NCBI RefSeq assembly: GCF_001194135.2
Contig: NC_068983.1
Location: 13,453,149 to 13,517,148 of the forward strand
Direction of reading: 5' to 3'
From: Octopus bimaculoides
Lineage: Eukaryota
DNA length: 64,000 bases
Below, piece after piece: positions 10,781-23,450 of this stretch. The notes under the pieces are model-generated. The model ran no database searches. It worked only from the letters and a program-made list of their open reading frames with translations, and had not been told where the DNA came from. Every line of letters starts with the position of its first letter. Position 1 is the first letter of the stretch. A program made the translations under genes and the position numbers.

Positions 10781-12484
10781 CATCGACATCATCGTTATGT
10801 TTACCCTCTCTTTCATTTCCTCTTATCAGCTTCCTCCCACTTCATATATATCCTCCTTCTCCTCCTTCTATCGCCTCTCCTAAGCTAAGCTAACTTAAGC
10901 GATAATAGATGATGGTAGTTTGGCACCGTTCAGACGATCATAGAAGTTATTAATCTTAATTATAAGCTGTATCATAAACAGTATATCGAGGTGAAGCAAC
11001 AACAGGAGGGTGAGGGACGTTTGTGTGTCTACATGTGTATAAATACATAATACATGAATATGTCTATGCATGTAGGTGTGTATATATATATATATNNNNN
11101 NNNNNNNNNNNNNNNNNNNNNNNNNNNNNNNNNNNNNNNNNNNNNNNNNNNNNNNNNNNNNNNNNNNNNNNNNNNNNNNNNNNNNNNNNNNNNNNNNNNN
11201 NNNNNNNNNNNNNNNNNNNNNNNNNNNNNNNNNNNNNNNNNNNNNNNNNNNNNNNNNNNNNNNNNNNNNNNNNNNNNNNNNNNNNNNNNNNNNNNNNNNN
11301 NNNNNNNNNNNNNNNNNNNNNNNNNNNNNNNNNNNNNNNNNNNNNNGTGTGTGTATATATATATATATATATATATGTCTATATACGTAAGTATATATAT
11401 ATATATGTACATATATATTTGCGCGTGTGTATGTTTGTATATATATACTTATTGACATATATATACATGCATGTATATAATTATCTTCAACCAAAACCGA
11501 AGGCTTGTTTCTCTTTCCGAACAGTAGTAGTAGTAGTAGTAGTAATAATAATAGCAATAATAATAATTTATTACTGTTGTTGTTATTAATATTAGTGCAG
11601 TTACGTTGATAAGAATAAATGGCTTTCATTAGTGTCAATAACACTATCCAATGAAGTGATTTAGTAGTATTCTTATGTATTATTACCAGTATCGTTATAA
11701 TTATCGTCGTCAACGATATAATCAACATTGTAGTCGTCATCATCATTACATACAATTTGCGGGTAACAACAAATAATCGTTATTTGTAAATAGAATTAAA
11801 TGCAGCAGCCTGCTGCTGCTTCTATTACTAATACTACTAGTACGATTACTACTACTAGCACCACTTCTAATAAGTTTTGCTTCTAATGTAGGTAAAAGGC
11901 CAAGACCAGAAATTTAGCGGCAAGTGCCGATGGTCGAATATATCGCCCTACTGTTTGACTGATAAAGTTGATTTCTGTGTTATTTGAAACCAGGACGTAA
12001 TGAAGTGGAACAACTGCCGTCAAGCAAGCATTTTGATTGGCACTAACGGTTCGACCAATCTGTCATCTTAAGGCACAAAAATCAGTAAATCAATCTGGCG
12101 GAATGGTAATATACCGTATCATCCACCTAGTACTTGAGTTGGACTTTATTTTATTGCCCCCCGACGGAATGAAAGCTAAAGCTGACCTCGATGGCATATG
12201 AAATCAGAATATAAAGAGCCAAACGAAGTACCGGTTCGCATTCTTTTTCCCACGTTCTAGCGATTCTGTTGTCCTACCGTCTTTAACAGATTCCGAGATA
12301 ACAACAATATTAATTACTTCTAATATAGAGAGGCACAAGTCAGGAAATTTGAGGGCAGAGGGCGCTAGTCGATATCATCGACCCCTGTATCCAAGTACTT
12401 TATTTTATCGATTTCGAAAGTAAGAATGCCAAAGTTGACCTCGGTTGCAATTGAACTTGAATGTAAAGACTCGGAAGAAATACT

Positions 12485-12716
12485 TATTTCTTTACTGCCC
12501 ACAAGGGGCTACACAAAGAGGGGACAAACAAGGACAGACAAAGGGATTAAGTCGATTATATCGACTCCATGCGTAACTGGTACTTATTTAATCGACCCAG
12601 AAAGGATGAAAGGCAAAGTCGACCTCGGCAGAATTTGAACTCAGAACATAAAGACGGACGAAATACCGCTAAGCATATCGCCCTGCGTGTTAACGTTTCT
12701 ACCAGCTCACCGCCTT
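12485..12716 (-). mobile_element. SINE family A (tail type 1)
   Basis: Full head and body; tail resembling ccctctttgtgtagccccttgtgggcagtaaagaaata. Confidence 0.88.
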
Positions 12717-14095
12717 AGAAACTTGGAAGAAATACTGCTAACCTTTCTTTTGACAATTTAACTGTTCTGCCAGATCATTGCGTTTACCACTCTAAATAAT
12801 AGTTTCGAAGTTATACGCATGACTCAGGCATGTTTTTGCCCACTGACAACACAACGCTCTATTTACAGTTTAATCTCGACAAAGATTTTTTTATAGGTGT
12901 TTAAAAAGTGTGCCTAGGTAGATATTTTAGCTTATCAAGGATCCTTATCCCTCTAAAAACCAATCCCGTCACATGGGATTTCTTAACATTATATTTACTC
13001 TTACGACCTCACAATGCCCTCAAGGGACCGCTGCTGGCCAGGTTAATATCTTGTACTCTGTATAGTCTCTGGTTTGGTTTTAGATTTTATCAACAGCCTA
13101 TCATTTTGCTTGTTCGGTGAATTCGTCACCTATGTCTCATCCTCAACCAGCACCATTCATTTTCTTTTCCAATTTAGATTACTCGGTAGATCCATCAGCT
13201 CCTCGTTATCAATACGAACGACTGTGAAGTTGATATTCTATACGTTGAAAGGTGACAATAGATAATGGACTTGGAGCAGCACACTTGCCATCTTTTACTA
13301 GCATCTCTATCTCTCTGTTATTGCAAGAAAATGGCGGAGAGGAAGAGACCATCGCAACGAAGCACTTATCTTTGTCGTCATATCGCCTTCACACTTTCTT
13401 TGTTGCCCGGATCTGTCTGAAGTGAAAGAGTTCCGTATGACCTACAACGTTTGCAAGAGATTAAATACTGCTGCTGCTGCTGATGGTGGTTATGGTGCTA
13501 GTGGTAGTAGCAGCAGCGGTGGTAGTGCTGGTGGTAGTGCTGGTGGTAGTGCTGGTGGCGGCGGCGGTTGTTGTTTTATTGTTCGTAGTATTTGTAATGC
13601 TTTTGTATTTTTTATTATTATTTTTTTTTCATTTAAATTAATGTTTTCAAGACTATTAATTTTTGTGTGTTTCTTTTTTTTTTCTCATTGTACATAATTG
13701 TTTATGCTCGAAGCCCTGTCTATTTGTTTAATTTTCAAATTATCTGTTTCTCTTTTGTCTTCTTAAGTAATTTCGTCTTTGAAAATAGTAAAGGGGGCGT
13801 GTTTGTTTACGCTGTTTAGGCTACTGTGAACTTTATTTTGTTCCGCACCAGGTTAATGGTTGTGTTGTGTGGGGTCGGGGTATGTTTCAAATATTCAGAA
13901 ACCTTTTGCTGCGAATAAAAAGAAGAAAAAGAAATCATAATTGCAAGTAAATCCTTGAAGAAATCACCTTCTACGCGAAGCTCTGTAAACTTACGTATCC
14001 ACAGCAACCATCAGTGCTACCAATCATAACAATTATCATCTCCTTATTGGCCACAAGGACCTCAGAATGTTGTACATAACATGTCATACAAAGGA

Positions 14096-14527
14096 AGGCC
14101 GTGAGCTGGCAGAAGCGTTAGCACGCCGGGCGAAATGCTTCGCTGTATTTCGTCTACCGTTACGTTCTGAGTTCAAATTCCGCCGAGGTCGACTTTGCCT
14201 TTCATCCTTTCGGGGTCGATAAATTAAGTACCAGTTACGCACTAGGGTCAATGCAATCGACTTAATCCTTTTGTCTGTCCTTGTTTGTGCCCTCTATGCT
14301 TAGCCCCTTGTGGGCAATAAAGAAATAAGAAACGTTAGCACGCTGGGCGAAATGCTTAGCGGTATTTCGTCTGTCTTTACGTTCTTAGTTCAGATTCCGC
14401 CGAGGTCGACTTTGCCTTTCATTCTTTCGGGGTCAATGAATTAAGTACCAGTTGCGTACTGGGGTCGATCTAATCGACTGGCCAGCTCCCCAAAAATTTC
14501 GGGCCTTGTGTCTAGAGTAGAAAAGAA
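14096..14527 (+). mobile_element. Head-to-tail SINE A dimer (first unit tail type 1, second unit tail type 2)
   Basis: The body occurs twice. Unit 1 ends gccccttgtgggcaataaagaaataag; unit 2 ends aaaatttcgggccttgtgtctagagtagaaaag. Confidence 0.88.
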
Positions 14528-15479
14528 AATGTCTTACAAAGGAGTTTGCAAACAGGTGGGGTTTGAGATATATAATAATCGGAAAGGGAAGTGGGAAAAG
14601 GCAATATAAAGAAACAGGATCGAAAAAAAAAAGATTTAGTGTACATCCAATAGATACTCAACTACAAAACAGTAAGAGCAGCCGCCTGAATGGAATTGAT
14701 GTACCTAACGAGTTTGGTTATTTTCTCATTTGATTGAAACCTGGGCCTTCTAAATATACGAAGAAGCCTTGTTGTTTGAGCCGAAACGCGATATCTTCCA
14801 CATTTTCTGGTTGATAGTCCCTTAATTGTCGCTAGAATTATTGTGTGGCTATTAGCAAACACCTACATTTTAGGGAGTTATCTTCCAGATTTTCTAGCCC
14901 GATAAAATAATCATTGCCGATAAAATAATCATTGCGTGGCTATTAGCAACCATCGTTCTTTTAGGGAGTTTCGGTACTCATCCTATAACATCCCTATAAC
15001 AATATCGTTTTATCGTCTTTTTTTCTTCAGTTTTCCACCACTTTAAATAGCTTGTGGTTTGTAGTTCATGTAATCGTGAAATTCATGCCTTCTGGTGGAG
15101 ACGAAGAGCATTTCATGGCGGATTTCAAGCTTCTTTCTTGTATGAAATCACTTGACTGATAAAGTTAATTTCTTTGGTATCTGAAATCAAGACGAAATGA
15201 AGTGGAAGCATTTCGCCCGGCGTGCTAACGTCTCAACCAACCCGCCATCTAAGGCACAAAAGCCAGTAAATCAATCTGGCGGAATGGTAATATACCGTAT
15301 CATCCACCTAATATTTGAGTTGGCCTTTATTTTATTGACCCCGACGAAATGAAAATCAAAGCTTACCTCGATGGCATTTGAAATCAGAATATAAAGAGCC
15401 AAAGGAAGAACCGATTCGCATTCTTTTTCCAACGTTCTAGTGATCCTGCTGTCCTACCGTCTTAACATGAATTCATTGT

Positions 15480-15910
15480 TTCTCATACTCCTTCTTTCAT
15501 TTTCTCTTTTCACCAGTGATTTCGTCTCTTTTCCCACACTTCATTATCTCTTTGCCAGCTCGGCAAGAGGATGGAGTGAAGTTGTAACTCAGTGACTTTA
15601 GTTCGCCTTTTCCAGAAGGAAGGGAATCTGTTTCTTGCTGTTTCGACCTCGTTTGCTTCTGCACCGGCTTTATTCAGATTTACAACCGGCGTGCTGCAGA
15701 AGAAAGAACAGCAACAGTACGGAAGCCATAGTTTTTCTTTCTGCCGCTTGCATCTCCGGGACCAGCTATCAATATTTCTTCAACTGCTGTTTGCTGTGAT
15801 CCTCCTCCTGCCTTCGTTATTTTTAAACATTTTTTATGCCTTAGTTTCTCATAGGGGTTCGTACACCAATGTGTGACCCAGATGGCTTCAGCTTTGTACT
15901 ATCAGTCTAT
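15480..15910 (-). mobile_element. Possible degenerate LINE ORF1-like fragment
   Basis: GC-richer block with a ~70-codon minus frame (YKAEAIWVTHW...GRKKNYGFRTVAV). Family not recognised with certainty. Confidence 0.3.
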
Positions 15911-17401
15911 TTAAACCCTTCTCCACAGTGACGGACAGATAGAAAAGTTTTGGTAACCATGCTTACACCAAAAACGACATGTCGTGGCAGATTACCTCCA
16001 CAATAAGTAAATAACCGTAATATCGCAGCAAAATGGCAATCATCCAGCGGTCCACATCGGCGGCGATATCTCTGGCATGGCATTTTCTCATGTTACATTA
16101 GAATATTTCTAATGTTCATGTACTGTGGCAATGAAGCTAAAATCGGGAGACTTAGGCACAAGTGCTACTTTCACTTTTGACTATTTTTTCATGAAATATC
16201 ATAAACTATCCAACAATCCTTTGCTCGGTCGAGGAAGCATAGAGCTCCTTCCAGCTCATTTATGAAAGCCATGTGGGAAAAGTCTTTTTTTTTTAATTTT
16301 TGTTTTTTACTATTTTACCATTCCTTGGATAAAATATTTGAGTTACGAAGTACTTCACACGTTTACTTTTTTCTATATCCATAGTTTCCGTTGTCGTTCA
16401 ATGTTAGAAAAAGATGAAGAGCCGTTTTTTCTTTGGGGCGGGGGTGTTCAAATTGTAACGGCAAATGTTATGTTCGTAAATTTGTTTCTTTGTTTAATTG
16501 TAACGTAAGTTTCATAGAGAAAAACATGGGTCTTAGTCAACATTGAATCTGTTAGCACTTCTATGACTAACACCTCTATTCGCTACCACCAGGGTATACT
16601 TTAAAAAATACAACAAATGATGCAAACATCAATTCGTCAAATGTATTTATAGAATAATGGGTGGACTTCTAAATAAACCGAAACAGTTTAATAGTAAACT
16701 TCACAATTTATTTTTGTTTGGTATCGAGGTGAATCAAAGAATTTTTGTTTGGTACCGTGCTGAATATGTGGACAAGACGTGATGGTCAAAAGCAGATCGT
16801 CTTCGATCAGAGATCTATTCAGTTGTGGTTGGTTGGTTGGTTGGTAGAATGATTCTGAAATAGCTCAACGATTTTCGAAAGATTATATCGGGGATGGATT
16901 ACTGTGACAGACAAATAAATGAACAGACAAATGGAAGTAGATAGATAGATAGATAGATAGATAGATACATTTCTTTTATTAGCCACACAGGGCTTTACAC
17001 AGAGGGGACAAATACAATGTAGAGCTTTTCTTTTTGGGAGGGGAAGGAGAGAAAAAAAGGGGGCGATCAAAAGGGATCGTAGGAAGGAAACAAAGGGGAG
17101 TTCGATCAAAAGGGATAGATAGATAGATAGATAGATAGATAATCTGACAGGGAGACAAACAGAGAGGGAGATTGATAGTGAAACACTAACATACAGACCC
17201 GGAAGGGCGCTGAACGAAAAGAAGTTGTGTAGAAGAAATAGATCGTAGAAATATTTCAAACAATAATGAGAAACAAATGTCTCATACTGCCAGAACCCTG
17301 AGAAGCGTTTTATCATCCACTGAATGGTTTCGACCTGGAACCGTATGGTACGCTTATGCATTGAACTGCATGCCATAAAGAATACTGGCTCTTTCACTTA
17401 C

Positions 17402-17444
17402 GAGCTATAATCGTGGAGAGTAGTATTACAGCTAACAAAAACAT
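17402..17444 (-). CDS. Candidate first coding exon encoding a signal peptide (MFLLAVILLSTIIA, phase-1 intron)
   Basis: ccgccATG start context at 17444, 14 mostly hydrophobic codons plus 1 nt, then a consensus GTAAGT donor at 17401-17396. Confidence 0.5.
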
Positions 17445-17499
17445 GGCGGATAAATTTGCAACCGATGGTTATTTATATTCAAGTTATTCAAGATATACA

Positions 17500-17503
17500 T
17501 ACG

Positions 17504-17595
<92 letters not shown>

Positions 17596-17692
17596 NNNNN
17601 NNNNNNNNNNNNNNNNNNNNNNNNNNNNNNNNNNNNNNNNNNNNNNNNNNNNNNNNNNNNNNNNNNNNNNNNNNNNNNNNNNNNNNNNNNNN

Positions 17693-17748
<56 letters not shown>

Positions 17749-17918
17749 AATATGCATGTATGTTTATATAAAATTACATATTATATGCATATGTATAAAC
17801 GTATATGTACGTTTGTGTATGCGTATATGTATATAAACATGTATGAATGTATTTGTGAAAAAGTATGTACATGAGTTTGCATATATATATATATATGCAC
17901 ATATATATACATATATAC

Positions 17919-17963
<45 letters not shown>

Positions 17964-18658
17964 CACGTACATACATAGTTACGTGCATATAGACATACGC
18001 ATAAAAATATAATAAATGCATAAATGTTTTTATCAAATATTTCCAACTTCATTTCCGATGTCGCAATTATTGTTGTTATTGTAATCGTTATTGTTGTTGT
18101 GCTAATGGTTGCGTCCCTTGATGCTGTTGTTGTTGCTGCTATCGTTGTTCTTACTGTTGTTGTTGTTGTTGAGGTTCCAGTTGTTGATGTTATGGTTGAT
18201 GTCGTATGCAGAATTTAGAGAATTATAAGTTTTATAGTTTAATGATTTAATGCATTGTTGCATTTATGTTTTCATATTGCATTTTTATATTTGTTAACAC
18301 ATATATGAACATATATACATGTAGATATATGTATATTTGTGCGTATGCATATATAGATATATTTGTATATATCTATATATAGATCATATATATATACATG
18401 TATGTAATTTGTGTATATTATTATTGCCACTATTGTGGTTATTATTATTATCGTTTTTATTTGATTAATTTTTTTCTTTTCCGTTAAGAATTTATGTTGA
18501 TTTTATGTAGAATATTTTAATGTTTAAAGCAACAACTATATTAAAGGTCTTTCTATATATCAATACATCAAAACATGCTGTGTAACAAAGTGATTGAGAA
18601 AGTTACACAAAAAAAAAATTAAATAAGATGAGAGACAGATAGAGAGCGGAAGATAAAT

Positions 18659-18747
<89 letters not shown>

Positions 18748-19021
18748 CAATGAGAGGGAGAAAGATACAGGCGATTAGTTTGCAAGATATACAGGTAAAG
18801 GAATAAGTGATAGTGATTCAGATAATAAAAAAAAGACTACTGAAAGACAGACATGTAAACAGACTGACTGACAGAAAGTTAGCATGATATTAAAAAGAGA
18901 AACGAAGAGAAAGGTAAGCAAAATAAAATAAGCTAACTATATTTATTAGAAGGTATAAGGGGTGGGGTGGAAGGTGGAGGATGAATTGTTATTAATATGT
19001 TTTTGCGATTGTGTGTATAAT

Positions 19022-19068
<47 letters not shown>

Positions 19069-19286
19069 GGGTTATATTCATTGCAGTATTTTCTAGAATT
19101 TAAATATGTGCTTTTGCATAGCATACAAACACATACAAACGTGCACACATAAACTCACACACGCGTACACAAGCGCGCGCGCGCACAGATATATATCCAT
19201 GCATACAATGGGACACTGTACATATATGTGCAAAAATATGTATTTGTATATGTTTACTTATATCTGAGTATGTATATATGCGTGTG

Positions 19287-19335
<49 letters not shown>

Positions 19336-19543
19336 AGAGAGAGAGATAGATAGATAGATAGATAAATTTAGTTACACACAGATACCCACGTGCATTTATA
19401 CATATATTTTTATATTTGTATATATACACACATATATATACACACACGAACACATATACATACACGCGTAAGCATATATATACATATATATATATACACA
19501 TACACGCACATATGTATACACACATATATATACGCACAAATGC

Positions 19544-19574
<31 letters not shown>

Positions 19575-19957
19575 ATGCATGCGTGCACTAGTGTTTGTAT
19601 AACAATTTGATTAAAATGTGGTTTTGCATTTTTCAACAAAAGTCGACAAATACACACAAATGCCGAAGTATGCTGCTATATACAGCTTTTACTCAAAAAT
19701 ATGTATAAACATGTATACATTGTTTGATGCTACATTCTTCCATACATACTTAGAGAGGTATGCACACATATGTGTACATGTATGCACGTGTGAAACTATT
19801 ATAGACGTGCGTGTACACATTTATGTGTGTGTGTGTGTGTGTGTGAGTACTGCTTTCTATTTTTGCGTGTTTGTATGCTGATGCCTGTTTATACATTGTC
19901 TCACTTTCTCTGTCTGTATGTATGTATGCTTGTATGTATGTAAATGTGTATGTATGA

Positions 19958-20000
<43 letters not shown>

Positions 20001-20020
20001 CATATATACATACATATGTG
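17500..20020. repeat. Dense compound microsatellite tract: (TA)n, (TG)n, (GA)n, (TACA)n-like
   Basis: Direct reading; source of many YI/CV/TH repeat ORFs. Confidence 0.95.
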
Positions 20021-21629
20021 TTGAACATACGCAGTATTTTTGATTTCAAAAGTAAAAAATAGGAGAATAAAAGAAATTTAAATCACATTTGCAATATAAT
20101 TTCCTACAGTATTTATGAAAAGATTTTTTTTTTCTTTTTTAATATATATTTTCAGCTATTCAACAATATATTAAATCTGCCAAAATACTACTCATCTAAA
20201 TTGGAATAACTGAAAGAAATAGAAAATTCTTAGGCACTTGTCTATTTATTAAGTTGAGGAAAATATTCTTGATTTTTGCATTTCGTCAACAAAAATGAAG
20301 ATCAGAAAACAAAATTGGTATAGGTTAACCCGTTCATGTTATGGTCATGTGAATCATGTTTTGGGACTTATTTTGTGTGTATGTATGTGTGTTTGTGTGT
20401 CGAAAACACAAGTTGCAAATAGATAAAACGGAAAATAATAATAACCTTGGAAATAATCAGCACAGAACTGTAATTATATAGATTAATTAAAGAACATAAA
20501 CTAATACACATTGCTACGTAACAACACAGGAACATAATTAAAAAGATCCAATCGTAAACTAACGATGTGACATATCACATTAACTACCAGGCTTCAATCA
20601 TCGTAAAATAACGCGACATGGGAATAAACCAACATAAACCTATATCTATTGAATGTTACCGTTTATTATAGAAACATATCTAAGCGAATATTTCCACCTA
20701 AAAAATAATATATACGTGACTGAAACACCCAAATTGTGACGAAAATATTATAATGCTTGTACCACGAAAATACTATCAGAACGAACAAATGGAATAATAT
20801 ATCACTTTAAAAAAGCTATCAGTCTTAAAACGCCTGCGTTATGAGTATAAAACAATGTAGACCTATAACAGTTAACATAAAGTGTAATTATAGAACATAT
20901 ATTTAAATCACGATTTTCACCTCAAAAGCATGTATATAGTAAAACATTGACTAAAATAAACGGCATGAATATGACGAACATATTATTCATATCATGAAAA
21001 GACAAGTATCCACATGCCAGAAAAAAAAAGAAACAAAAACGAAGACTGGCCTCTTCACTCTGTCACTATTCACAGCCAAAAGACTGTTTATAATCTATAA
21101 GCAAAAGTCCAAATGATACGTACATACATACATACATACATACATACATACCACATGCATGCATGAATACATGCATACGCACATGCATACATGCATACAT
21201 ATATATATAGATAGATACATACATGCATACATGATGGCTGTCCACTCGTGACCGAAGAAGACCATTGCTGACCTTCAGGAACATTGTGCGCTCTAGAACT
21301 AACTTATATTTTGCATTTGCGTCTCCGTTGGTGGCTAATGAGCCCTGCTCTTGACAAGCATACACGACTGCAAACATTGCAGACCAAGCTTTCCCCATTC
21401 ACTATACGAGCCGTGCGCTTTCGCGCAGCTCGCTTAAGTTCTTCATGCTGGATACGTGCTCTCTCTCGAAAAAAGTGTCGAGCCCCTCTTTAACCTGCTT
21501 CCTACATACGTACATACATACATACATACATACATGCATGCGTGCATACATACATACATACATACATACATTCATAGACGCATGCATGCATACATACATA
21601 CATCCATGCAAAGTGAGTGAACAACCAAA

Positions 21630-23450
21630 GGAAATTAGTACTCAACACAATTTATATCGAGTCTAGGGCCTTCATTAAATGGATTTCGACATTTAATCAG
21701 TAGACATCTACGATATCAAATAAAGTGAAGTTGCCGGTCTGCCTTCTTGAAGCTGGAGAACTCTTTGATTAAATCCTTAAGCCCTTCTTATATAAGTATT
21801 CCCAGGATAGTAACGTGTATGCTTTTACTTATAATACATGTCTCGCTCTTGGCAGGTAGATTATCCTACATTTAAGATTGGAAAGAAAGTTGGCTCTGTG
21901 GTTCTTATGCATTATACGGCGCGGTATGTTGTGGTAGTCCATGCGCTCTATCATAGGGAAGATGATTCGTTCCTTTGCATTCGTGTTTATATCCTTATGA
22001 GTTGAGATTAGGTTTCATCTTATGCTTTTGTGATAGTATTTTATGCTTGCGTGATGGCCACTTTGTGTATGGTGTTGTTTCTTTCGTACATGTCCTTTGT
22101 TTTTTTGTTATGTGAATGTCTGTTATGTGATTGTTTAAAACGTGACATGGTACACAAACATTTTTAGATACAATTCCTTAAACTCTATGACTGATCATAG
22201 CTCAGTCATAAGCCTCAGATTATATCTCAGATATAGGCCTTAATCATGGTTCAATCATACATCATTTATTATAGCCCAATCAACGTAAACATCTTTAATG
22301 CAGTTGCATGATGCTAATCCAATATATTTCATTATTAATGGCCTAATTTGCCTTTCGCATTGTTTATCATCTGACAAAATTCCTAGGCTCTCATAACTTA
22401 CAGTATGGCAGTATAAAATTATATTTTCCAGCCTATAGGATATGAAGGAAATTTGCATGGTTTGTGTTTGAGCAAAATGTTGTTGTTGGCACTCCGTCGC
22501 CTACGACGTCGAGGGTTCTAGTTGATCCGATCAACGGAACAGCCTGCTCGTGAAATTAACGTGCAAGTGGCTGAGCACTCCACAGACACGTGTACCCTTA
22601 ACGTAGTTCTCGGGGATATTCAGCGTGACACAGTGTGACAAGGCTGACCCTTTGAATTACAGGCACAACAGAAACAGGAAGTAAGAGTGAGAGAAAGTTG
22701 TTGTGGAAGAGTACAGCAGGGTTCGCCACCATCCCCTGCCGGAGCTTCGTGGAGCTGTAGGTGTTTTTGCTCAATAATCACTCACAACACCCGGTCTGGG
22801 AATCGAAACCGCGATCCTATGACCGCGAGTCCGCTGCCCTAACCACTGGGCCATTACGCCTCCACGTTTGAGCAAAATATAATATGGTGTAAGAGCAGCA
22901 ATAATGTTAAGGATTTAGCTTGCATTTTTCAACAAACAATACCATAAACCTATTGCACCATTTATCAGGGAGATCGTATAAAGCATGTATTTCAAAAGTA
23001 AAGGTATTTTTAGATTTAGATATACATCGTTCATTTAAATAACACCTTTAATAATAAATTAGCTGATGCAAATTTGTTTATTTTGACGTCGTTTGTAGTA
23101 ATAAGCAGGTATTGGCATAATGGACATACTACGCAAATGTTTCGTTCCTGATGATAATTGTTGATTATCAGGCAAGGTTTGATTTTATCGCTGTTGACAC
23201 CATGATGATATCCATTTGGCAGCTGATGATGGGAATATATATTTGATATGCTTTAGGTGAATCTTTTATATCTGGGGATCTCGTTCTTCTGAGTTGTCCT
23301 TCATTCTCGTAAAGCTTAAAGTGTTTGTGGATTAATGGTTTATGATAGTTACTTGTACTGCTATTGACTGATTTACTTCATAGATAATCGTATAAAACTT
23401 GGATAACGCTTCGATAATAGTGTCTAGTTTAAGAGAGGTCCGGAGGCATA
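21630..23450 (-). mobile_element. Degenerate Penelope-like element (RT thumb, GIY-YIG, then RT N-terminus), interrupted by SINE B
   Basis: ORF 22255..22458 (ENIILYCHTV...KYIGLASCN) resembles a GIY-YIG endonuclease. 21906-21850 gives KNHRANFLSNLKCRII; 21729-21700 gives FTLFDIVDVY (RT motif A). 23450-23100 is weakly thumb-like. Confidence 0.7.
22479..22865 (-). mobile_element. SINE B, full length, with 13-bp TSD
   Basis: TSD gtttgagcaaaat at 22466-22478 and 22866-22878. Confidence 0.95.

Larger units (their letters stand above)
11955..15467 (+). repeat. Local direct duplication of a ~320-bp block of decayed SINEs (11955-12288 and 15152-15467)
   Basis: Shared idiosyncratic stretches such as cagtaaatcaatctggcggaatggtaatataccgtatcatccaccta and gaaatcagaatataaagagccaaa. 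Confidence 0.85.

Noticed and set aside
20590-21000. Diverged ~225-bp direct repeat in AT-rich DNA
   Set aside because: Similarity is too low to separate from compositional bias by eye.
21360-21450. Possible minus-strand hammerhead around the GNRA hairpin
   Set aside because: C3 is missing, GAAA is replaced by GAAT, and stem III does not pair.
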